DNA of 27,308 nucleotides from Acidobacteriota bacterium (GTDB lineage Bacteria; Acidobacteriota; Terriglobia; UBA7540). The stretch lies in the NCBI GenBank assembly GCA_003224665.1, contig QHZM01000006.1, positions 1 through 27,308 of the forward strand, written 5' to 3'. Of the stretch, positions 15,931 to 23,922 are shown piece by piece. Each line of letters opens with the position of its first letter. Position 1 is the stretch's first letter. The notes below the pieces were generated by a model. It worked only from the letters and a program-made list of their open reading frames with translations. It did not search any database and was not told the DNA's origin. A program made the translations under genes and the position numbers.

Positions 15931-17157
15931 ATGAAGATCCTGTGGGTTAAAGCTGGGGGCCTCATTCCCCTCGATACAGGAGGGAAGATTCGAAGTTACC
16001 ACCTCCTGAAAGAGCTCGCGAACAAGCACGAAGTCACGTTGTTCACCTTCTACCCCGCTCACCCCGATGACCGCCATCACGAACTGGAGCGGGTTTTCAG
16101 CCGCGTCGTGTGCCTGCCGCTTCAGATTCCCGGCCCGGGGAGTTTCGGCGACTACCTGAACTATTTCTGGAACCTCTTCGGTCCATACCCCTATGCGATG
16201 GCGAAATACTACCGTCCCGGTCTGGCGGACGCACTGCGCAAGCTCGTGATGTCCGAGACTTATGAAACCATCGTGTGTGATTTTCTCGTTCCGGCAGGCA
16301 TCATCCCCTGGGACGCGCCTGTCCCCAAAGTCCTCTTCACTCACAACGTCGAAGCGATAATCTGGCAGCGGCATTATCAATGCGCCCGGAATCCCATCTG
16401 GAAATCCGTATACTGGCGGGAATACCGCACCATGAAACGGGTCGAGAGCCACTACCTCGAACGCGCCGATCACGTCTTGACGGTCTCCGAAACCGACCGG
16501 GATTATTTCGCGCGTTTCATCGCCCCCTCGAAGATCACCGTCATCCCGACGGGTGTCGACGCGGATTTTTTCCGCCTCCAGCGGGTTCGAGAGCGTCCCA
16601 ATACTTTGGTTTTTACGGGTTCAATGGATTGGCTGCCTAACGAAGACGCCGTGCTCTACTTTGTCGAGGCGATTTTGCCGCACATTCAACGCCGAATTCC
16701 GGACGCGACGCTGCGGGTCGTGGGCCGCCGTCCGTCGAGCCGGCTGATGGCTCTCGCGGGCAGGAACGATCACGTGGACGTCACCGGCGGAGTTGAGGAC
16801 ATTCGCGCCTACGTCCGCGACGCCTCGGTCTATGTTGTGCCCCTTCGAATCGGAGGCGGTACGCGGTTGAAGATTTTTGAAGCGATGGCGATGGGTAAAG
16901 CGGTCGTCGCAACTTCCGTCGGCGCGGAAGGCCTGCCGGTCGAACATGGCAAGGACATCATTCTGACAGACGACCCGGCAGAGTTCGCGGAGGCCGTTTC
17001 GGCGCTTCTTGCGAATCCCGCAGCACGAGAAAAATTAGGCAAAGCAGCCAGGAGCTTGGTGGAGGAAAAGTATAGCTGGGCGTCTGCAGCCGCCCGCCTC
17101 GAAATGGTCCTCGCAAGAACTGCGAAGAAGAATTCTAGTCGAACAGGTTCCCCTTAA
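15931..17157 (+). CDS. GT4-family glycosyltransferase (EPS-cluster type)
   Basis: GT-B motifs FTGSMDWLPNEDA, VVPLRIGGGTRLKIFEAMAMGKAVVAT and AEGL. Full length and apparently intact. Confidence 0.92.
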   Translation: MKILWVKAGGLIPLDTGGKIRSYHLLKELANKHEVTLFTFYPAHPDDRHHELERVFSRVVCLPLQIPGPGSFGDYLNYFWNLFGPYPYAMAKYYRPGLADALRKLVMSETYETIVCDFLVPAGIIPWDAPVPKVLFTHNVEAIIWQRHYQCARNPIWKSVYWREYRTMKRVESHYLERADHVLTVSETDRDYFARFIAPSKITVIPTGVDADFFRLQRVRERPNTLVFTGSMDWLPNEDAVLYFVEAILPHIQRRIPDATLRVVGRRPSSRLMALAGRNDHVDVTGGVEDIRAYVRDASVYVVPLRIGGGTRLKIFEAMAMGKAVVATSVGAEGLPVEHGKDIILTDDPAEFAEAVSALLANPAAREKLGKAARSLVEEKYSWASAAARLEMVLARTAKKNSSRTGSP

Positions 17158-18254
17158 CGGTTCGTTCGCCACCCGCAGCCACGTCCGGCGAATCCCGATC
17201 CCGCTTCAAGGCTCTGCGCGCGGGCTCCCGGGCCAAGGACCTCAGCGTGGACTGATAAACCTGCAACCACTGCCCGCGGACGGCCGACCAGCAATAGTGC
17301 GAGCACTCGTGATAGGCGTTTTGCGCCAGCCTCAAGGCGAGTTCCGGCTCCCAGGTGTCGAATCCCCTCCGCCGCTGTACTGGCGACCGGCGTCCCGGAA
17401 GCGAAGGCTTCCAGGATCGAAACAGGCATGTTGTCCAGCCAGGACGCATTGACGAAGATGTCGGCCTGAGCGTAAGCGGACGCAATCGTCTCCCGCGAGG
17501 AAACACCCGCGAACTCGACGTCAGCCAGCTCTAAATCTCGCACGAGGGCCCGTATCTCCGCCTCCCGTGATCCCTTTCCCACCAAGACCAAACGCGCGCT
17601 GGAAAACTTCTTCTTGACCTCCGCATAGGCACGCACGACAACATCGACACTGTAGTAGGGCTCAAACCCGCGCGTACAAACTAGCCGCGGCCGCAATGGG
17701 CGCCGGGGGCGGTAAGAAAACCGGTCCACGTCGATAAAGTTCGGCAAGGCCCGCGACTCGATGCCGAACTCACCGAACACCTCAACGAGGTACCGCGATG
17801 GAACAACAATTTGGTCAGCCCGCCGCAGAACCGCGCGAGCCGATCGCCAACGGCGAAGATGGTCACGGGCCTCTGCACTGTGATAGTTGATCACGGTCTT
17901 CCGTTTCCTGAGCCGAGCGACCAACCAGGCCGGGAAGACGGCCAGCATGAATGACCAATAAGAAGCCGAAAAGATGTGCGCGATTTCAACCTCCCCCAAT
18001 GCGCGCCAAAGGGCCATGAGATAAAAAGGCATCCGCAGCACTGTCCGGAGGTAAGGGATGCTTCCGGTCCACACGAGCCAACGCGGGAGAGTCGGGTCAA
18101 TGGGTACGAAACGGGCCTCAACCGCCGGGTCGTTCTGCCAGTGGCGAACAAGCAGGTCGGCTTGAACCGACTGCCCTCCGACCCATTTCAGCGACGGAGC
18201 AATAATTGCGATACGCACGCGCCCGGATGATTGCTCGGCCGTACGACTCTCCAT
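17135..18254 (-). pseudogene. GT4-family glycosyltransferase with an out-of-frame deletion at ~17351/17350
   Basis: ATG 18254 after GAGG. GT4 sequence runs to DNMPVSILEAFASGTPVASTAAEGIRHL. The terminal helices (EPELALRLAQNAYHECSHYCWSAVRGQWLQVY) follow in another frame. The usual intervening GLL/P-G-D segment is absent. Confidence 0.8.
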
Positions 18255-18416
18255 CAATCTTCGACCTCTTTCTTCGTTAAGCCAGTCCGACCCTTCCAGC
18301 CCGCGGAGGAAAAAAGGGAGGCGTTTTTCCATCGGACCGCGACGGCGGAGAAAAGCCAGCGAGCACGCCCCCGAAAAGCGCCCAGGCGGGCTGCTGGTTC
18401 GATGGCAATCCCCAGG

Positions 18417-19223
18417 TTACGCCGACTTTAACGACGCGTGCCTCCCGAGGAAAGCCGTGAGTTCAGGGCGCATGGCCAGCCCGCCGGCCAGAAGGCCGGA
18501 AACGAGAACAGACTTGTTGTTAAATGAAAGGGAGAGACCTTCCAGGCCTTGAGCAAAACCACCTGCCGCTTCGACCAAGGCGACGCCCGCGGCAATGTCC
18601 CATTCGTTTTTGGGAGAAAGTGTCCAAGTCGCATCGGCCATGCCCGCGGCGACAAGTGCCAGCTTGTAGGCAACCGAGCCCATCGGCCGGATGACGAAAG
18701 GAGCCTTTCCAAAACGCTCCCACTCTCCTCGTTTGAACTCGCTGCGACTGGCCAGGATGACGGCTCCGTTCAAGCACTCCCTCTTCGTGGCCTGAACGGG
18801 TCTATCGTTGTACGTCACTCCCTCAGAGACCGAGCCGAGGAAAAGCTCCCCCGTAACAGGATTGCAAACGCCCCCCGCCACCGGCCGCCCATTTTCCACC
18901 ATCGCCACGGACACGCACCACTCGGGGACTCCAGCGAGAAATTCCATCGTTCCGTCGAGAGGATCAACCACCCAAACCCGACTCTTTTCCAAACGTCTGA
19001 AATCGTCCACTCTTTCTTCCGAAAGCCAGCCTTCTCCTTCCCGAAGAAGGACTTCCCTGAGCACCCGGTCCACTGTCCGATCGGCTTCGGTAACGGGCCC
19101 GTACCCCGAGGACTTGGGTTTGGCTTCCAGGGACCCGGCAAGAAAGGGAACGAGAGCCTTGCTGGCTGAGTCCAATGCTTCTCGAATTCGCTTCAGAGTT
19201 TCCGGCCCAGACCCGTTATCCAT
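18417..19223 (-). CDS. cysQ: 3'(2'),5'-bisphosphate nucleotidase CysQ / inositol monophosphatase family
   Basis: PVTEAD, LSEE, VVDPLDGT, GSVAYKL and EWDIAAG motifs; lies next to sat-cysC. Confidence 0.85.
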   Translation of the reverse strand: MDNGSGPETLKRIREALDSASKALVPFLAGSLEAKPKSSGYGPVTEADRTVDRVLREVLLREGEGWLSEERVDDFRRLEKSRVWVVDPLDGTMEFLAGVPEWCVSVAMVENGRPVAGGVCNPVTGELFLGSVSEGVTYNDRPVQATKRECLNGAVILASRSEFKRGEWERFGKAPFVIRPMGSVAYKLALVAAGMADATWTLSPKNEWDIAAGVALVEAAGGFAQGLEGLSLSFNNKSVLVSGLLAGGLAMRPELTAFLGRHASLKSA

Positions 19224-19241
19224 TCGGAAACGAGGTCCCTC

Positions 19242-19664
19242 CTAGACCCACAGCATCCTTGCTCCGGTGGCAAACAAGACGACGCCAAGGACTCGCTTCA
19301 CCCAATAGCTCGGCAACGCCGTGCCCAGTCGGACGACCACCAATGACCCGGGTACAGAACCGGTGAACAAGGGAAATACTAAATCGGGGTCCACTGTGCC
19401 TAACCGAAGGTGGAGAAGGCCCGTGAAGCCGGCGAGCGCAAAAGCGTGCATGATATCCGTGCCTACCAGAGTGGCCGGGGCAGATGGCACGAACAGCAGG
19501 AGAAGCACAAAGATGACGCTGCCCGAGCCTACGGCAATCGTGGCGTGCACGCGGAGAAAAAAGATCAAGATAGGAAGTAAAAGTACGCCACCGCCCAATC
19601 CGGCCTGACCCACGAAAGTTCCTACGAACATCCCGACAGTAATTTTCAGGATCAATAGAGACAT
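19242..19664 (-). pseudogene. TSUP (TauE/SafE) sulfite-exporter-family gene with a large in-frame internal deletion
   Basis: 140 aa versus the usual ~250. The N-terminal GxGGGxLxxP...AVGS is joined directly to second-half motifs GSGSVI...LVGTDIMHA. Confidence 0.75.
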
Positions 19665-19718
19665 GGATTGTTTATGGCAGTGTGCCCCCTTTCCCGAGGG
19701 CGAGGGACACCGCTCAAT

Positions 19719-21335
19719 TTAACCGCCCGTCACATGCGAGGACGAGGACTCGACATCCCGTTCGTTTACTCCGATGAACCCCTGCCGCTCCTTGCGATCT
19801 CGCGACTCGCAAACCGCCAGAGGCGTCGCAACGTGGACCAACACGAATCTTCCGTGCGCTTGGACCATCGCCCGCACTTCTTTACGGATCTGATCGTAAG
19901 GGGCAATCGGAGCGCAGATGGCGATCCCGCCGTTTTTCGAAATCTCGGACGCCACAAAGCCGATACGCCGGATGTTAATGTCACGGTGCTCACGCGAAAA
20001 GCCGAGCTCGGACGACAGATGCTTCCGGACGATGTCGCCATCGAGCAAGGTCACCGGCCGGCCGCCCATCTCCAGGAATTTGACTCTCAGGACATTCGCA
20101 ATAGTGGATTTTCCTGCTCCAGAAAGCCCGGTGAAGAAGAGTGTAAATCCCTGACGGTGCCGGGAAGGGTAGCTGCGTTGCAGCTCGCGTGCCACTTCAG
20201 GAAATGTAAACCATGCAGGGATTTCCCGCCCCTCTGCAAGGCGCCGCCTCAGTTCAGTTCCCGAAAGGTCGAGCGCACGCGCCCCAGGAGGGACTTCGTC
20301 CTCGGGGAAATAAGCATCTTGATCTTCGAGGTAGACCATCATGTTAAACGCGACCATGTTGACGCCGAGTTCGTGTTCATGGGCCCGGAATAACTCCTGC
20401 GCGGCATAAGGCCCGTAAAATGGCGTACCGGCTGAGTTCTTCCCCGGGCCGGCATGGTCTCGCCCTACGATGATGTGGCTGCAGCCATGATTCTTGCGGA
20501 CGATGGCGTGCCAGAGAGCTTCGCGAGGCCCCCCCAAGCGCATGGCCAGGGGAAGCAGAGCGAGCTTGACCGTGGCTTTCGGGTATCTTGCAAGGATAGC
20601 CTGGTAACACCTTACCCTGACGTAGTATTCCACGTCACCAGGCTTGGTCATGCCTATGGAGGGATGAATCAGAAGATTGGCCTCAACCTGTTTTGCGGCT
20701 CGCAGGGTCAGCTCCTGATGGGCCCGATGCATCGGGTTCCGTGTCTGGAAGGCGACCACTCGACGCCAACCGAGCCGGATGAATTCCGCTCTCAGCTCGG
20801 ACGGAGTCAAACGCAGGGCGCGGAAATCATAATGCGAAGGCAGTTGGACGCCTTCCAAACGACCGCCGATGTACCAAGGGTGTGTCTGGTTTAATAAATA
20901 CTCCACACCCGGGTGTTCGGTGCTGACGGTCCCGTAAACGGCCTCCGCCTCCGCGAGCCGATCCGGTTTCCAGACCTCCGCAACATGCAAGACAGCCAAC
21001 ATCACGCCCTCGGGGTCGCGCAAGGCGATCGTTTCTCCGGGGGCGGTAGACCGCGCAAACTCCTCGGACACGTCGAAAATAATGGGGATGGGCCACAGTG
21101 TCCCATCCCCCAGGCGCATCTTGCAGCACACGCCTTCATAATCAGCGCGCGACATGAACCCGCGCAAAGGAGAAAAACCGCCCGTCAGCAGGAGCTCCAG
21201 ATCGCACAACTGGCGCGCCGAGAGGTCCCACGAGTGCCAGCCCCGTGATTCGGCCTGTAATTCGAACGTGCGCTCTTGAGTCGCCAGGAGGTTTATTAAC
21301 TGTCCGCCGTGCGGTGGAACAAGATGCTCCCTCAT
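19719..21335 (-). CDS. sat: Bifunctional sulfate adenylyltransferase / APS kinase; APS-kinase domain carries an in-frame deletion
   Basis: ATG 21335 (MREHLVPPHGG) after AGGA. ATP-sulfurylase motifs QTRNPMHRAH, GPREA and VGRDHAG. APS-kinase P-loop GLSGAGKST and LDGDIVR. CESRDRK is followed directly by ERQGFIG, so the GLY...FTG...PYE segment is missing. Confidence 0.9.
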   Translation of the reverse strand: MREHLVPPHGGQLINLLATQERTFELQAESRGWHSWDLSARQLCDLELLLTGGFSPLRGFMSRADYEGVCCKMRLGDGTLWPIPIIFDVSEEFARSTAPGETIALRDPEGVMLAVLHVAEVWKPDRLAEAEAVYGTVSTEHPGVEYLLNQTHPWYIGGRLEGVQLPSHYDFRALRLTPSELRAEFIRLGWRRVVAFQTRNPMHRAHQELTLRAAKQVEANLLIHPSIGMTKPGDVEYYVRVRCYQAILARYPKATVKLALLPLAMRLGGPREALWHAIVRKNHGCSHIIVGRDHAGPGKNSAGTPFYGPYAAQELFRAHEHELGVNMVAFNMMVYLEDQDAYFPEDEVPPGARALDLSGTELRRRLAEGREIPAWFTFPEVARELQRSYPSRHRQGFTLFFTGLSGAGKSTIANVLRVKFLEMGGRPVTLLDGDIVRKHLSSELGFSREHRDINIRRIGFVASEISKNGGIAICAPIAPYDQIRKEVRAMVQAHGRFVLVHVATPLAVCESRDRKERQGFIGVNERDVESSSSHVTGG

Positions 21336-21426
21336 AGTTTCGAATCCTATTCCTGGGTCGAGTCGGTTGTTGAACCCCGGCAAACCTGCCGGAGCGTCGG
21401 CAGTCGAATTTCGCGACGCCACATTT

Positions 21427-22180
21427 CTAGACAGTCAGGCTGACCGGCTGTGCAACCGTGCCGCCGGTCTTCTCCTGCACCCTGGCTGGTTGCCAACCTT
21501 TTTCAGCCAGCAGGTCCAAGTAAAGCTGCTGATAGCGCTCCCGCATCCGGCTGAGACTGAAACGATCACGCGCCAAGCTCCTGGCGCGCACGCCCCATTC
21601 GGTTCGGAGCGATGGCTGCTGGAGCAAAGGTTCAAGAGCCTCCGCCAGCTTTTCTTCGTTATCGAGCGGAACAAGCCGGCCCGTCTCTCCATCCAGTATC
21701 AATTTCGCATTCCCCCCACGTGGGCCGCCACCACCGGCTTACCGGCCGCCCTCGATTCAAGAACTGTCTTCGACAAGCTTTCGGAAAGGGAAGGGAGTAC
21801 GGAAATGTCCATTGCCGCCAAAACGACGGGGATGTCCTGCCGCTCGCCCAGGAACCTGACTCGATCAACCAGGCCGAGTGTCTTCGTCATCCTCTCCAGG
21901 ACTGGGCGGAGGGGGCCGTCACCCACGAACAGAATCTCGAAAGACAGAAATCTGGGCGCAAGCCGCGCGGCGGCGCGCAGAAAGACTGAATGGTTTTTAA
22001 CCGGGCTATTCATGCGCGCGATCAAGCCCACCCGCACCACTCCAGGCCGCGGCGGCAGGGCCGTCTCGCCAATGGCGCACAAGCAGGTTCCGCCTGCACG
22101 GCCTGTCCTCCGACCCAGCGCAAGGTGGGAGCTACAAGCGCCACGCGCAGCCGGATTGAACTAGCCGTAGGGTCTCGCAT
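21427..22180 (-). pseudogene. Multiply disrupted GT4-family glycosyltransferase
   Basis: ATG 22180 gives MRDPTASSIRLRVALVAPTLRWVGGQAVQAE. After one extra base (22087) it continues LLVRHWRDG, then jumps in a third frame to the C-terminal domain (VRVGLIARMN...SESLSKTVLES...HVGG). A further frameshift at ~21705-21712 precedes ILDGETGRLVP... Confidence 0.82.
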
Positions 22181-22214
22181 TTCTCGCCACTACCCTCGTT
22201 TGCCTTTCGAGTTG

Positions 22215-23390
22215 TCACCCGGGTAGACGGGATGCCGCACCTGCCTTTGTTCGGTCGCGCCACATCGTCTTGCGGGTTGCGTCGCGTCGACGCTGTCCCT
22301 CCTCATAAAGTTGCCTGAGCTCTAATAGTGTCCGGTCAAAACTGAAGTGGGTGAGTGCCCGTTCACGTCCCGCACGGGCGAGCCGATCAGCCAACTCCTG
22401 GTCACGCAGCACCCGGAGGATGGCTCGCGCTAAGGCTTGCGGGTCACGTGCAGGAACCAACAAGCCACTTACTTCGTCCTCGATGATCTCAAGGACCGCT
22501 CCAATGCGAGTTGCCACAACGGGAAGGCCCGCGGCGAGCGATTCCAAGATCACGTTCGGAAAACCTTCCGCCCACGAAGGAAGCACGGACAGTTGACAGC
22601 AGCCCAGCAGGTCCGGTACGTCCTCTCGACGCCCGAGGAATAAGAAGTTGTTCCGCACTCCTAGGCCTTCAGCCTTCGCTTCGAGGCCAAGCCGCTCGCG
22701 ACCATCACCGATCAGAAGAAATCTAGTTTCCGGGAGCACCGAGCAGATGACGCGAGCTGCTTCGATTAAGTCGACATGCCCTTTCTCCTCGACGTTCATA
22801 TTGGCCACAACGGCAACAAGCTTGTGTTTGGAATCTAAACCCGGAAGCAGTGCTTCGCGATTCCCGTGCTGCTTTGCAAATCGCTCAGCATCTATACCGT
22901 TCTGGACCACGCGGATTGTGCTGGCATCGAAGCCCTCTTCCCTCACCAGAAAATCACGAACCGTCGCGGAGTTTGCGAGTACAAAGGTTGACAGACTTTG
23001 GACTCGACGTAATAGTTTTCTATTTCGAGGCGTATACCACCACCAATGCGACAGGTCCCGACGGCTGGAAATAATAACGGGAATTCGCGCCATCCAGGCT
23101 GCCGGTACCCCAAGAAGATTCGAATACAAATCGTGGGTGTGGACCACATCGAATCGCTCGCACCGAAGAAAATGCGTTAGGCGAAGCAGTTGACAGAACC
23201 CTCGGGGGCTGAGGAGCCCGCCTTGGGGGTGAAAGTCCGCGACGGGAATTCCAGCCTTTTGCAACATCTCGAGATAAGGTCCCTCGGTACTCAGGCAACC
23301 AACGGTGACAGAATATCGACCGGAGTTCATTCGACGAGCAACCTGCACAGCCTGGTTTTCAGAGCCTCCCAGATTGAACGATTCCACCAA
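22215..23390 (-). CDS. GT4-family glycosyltransferase, probably lacking its native start
   Basis: GGSENQA, DVVHTH, NGID, GDGRER and EGFPNVILESLAAGLPVVAT motifs. The only available start is a TTG inside the first beta-strand (FHLVESFNLGG). Confidence 0.82.
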   Translation of the reverse strand: MVESFNLGGSENQAVQVARRMNSGRYSVTVGCLSTEGPYLEMLQKAGIPVADFHPQGGLLSPRGFCQLLRLTHFLRCERFDVVHTHDLYSNLLGVPAAWMARIPVIISSRRDLSHWWWYTPRNRKLLRRVQSLSTFVLANSATVRDFLVREEGFDASTIRVVQNGIDAERFAKQHGNREALLPGLDSKHKLVAVVANMNVEEKGHVDLIEAARVICSVLPETRFLLIGDGRERLGLEAKAEGLGVRNNFLFLGRREDVPDLLGCCQLSVLPSWAEGFPNVILESLAAGLPVVATRIGAVLEIIEDEVSGLLVPARDPQALARAILRVLRDQELADRLARAGRERALTHFSFDRTLLELRQLYEEGQRRRDATRKTMWRDRTKAGAASRLPG

Positions 23391-23812
23391 GTGGAACCGC
23401 GCGAAATCCTTGCAGGGACCCCGACCGCAATACTCCGCGGCGGCACGGAGCGGATCACGACTGCGTTGGCGCCGATTACCGAACCCTCTCCGACCACGAT
23501 ATCACCCAGGACCTTGGCGCCAGCAGCGATGAATACGTTATCTTCGATCCTCGGGACCTCAGGCTTCTCATTTCGTCCGCCTATCGTGACGCCTTGGGCA
23601 ACAAAAACATTCTTGCCGATTTTCACGCGCGGATGGATAACGACACCTATCCCCCAATATCCGACCTCGAACCCGTCCCCGATTTCGACGGTATAGGGAA
23701 CATAACAGTGAAACACCAGCACATTCAGTATTTCGACGAGCCTAGGGAGTAAGGGAATCCGGTGGAGGTAGAGCCAGCGCGCCAATCGATAGTAGGTGAC
23801 GGGGTTAAACAT
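23327..23812 (-). CDS. Hexapeptide-repeat O-acetyltransferase (CysE/WcaB-like); native 3' end apparently lost
   Basis: VTIGG, IGANAVV and VGVPAR motifs. The frame runs on 64 nt into the downstream GT4 gene. Confidence 0.85.
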   Translation of the reverse strand: MFNPVTYYRLARWLYLHRIPLLPRLVEILNVLVFHCYVPYTVEIGDGFEVGYWGIGVVIHPRVKIGKNVFVAQGVTIGGRNEKPEVPRIEDNVFIAAGAKVLGDIVVGEGSVIGANAVVIRSVPPRSIAVGVPARISRGSTWWNRSIWEALKTRLCRLLVE

Positions 23813-23922
23813 CTGTTCTCATGCTCAGCGTCTTACCGCTCCATCAGCTATGCCCGGCCGGACGGTGCCTCCGTCCATCTCTCATTCGAAGTCCTTGAAC
23901 CCCCGGGCGTACAATGATCGCT

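Noticed and set aside
21336-21422. GTG-started 29-aa extension of sat-cysC
   Set aside because: Family similarity and an RBS support ATG 21335. The stretch contains a CCGGCA/TGCCGG hairpin (21377-21392) more typical of an intergenic spacer.
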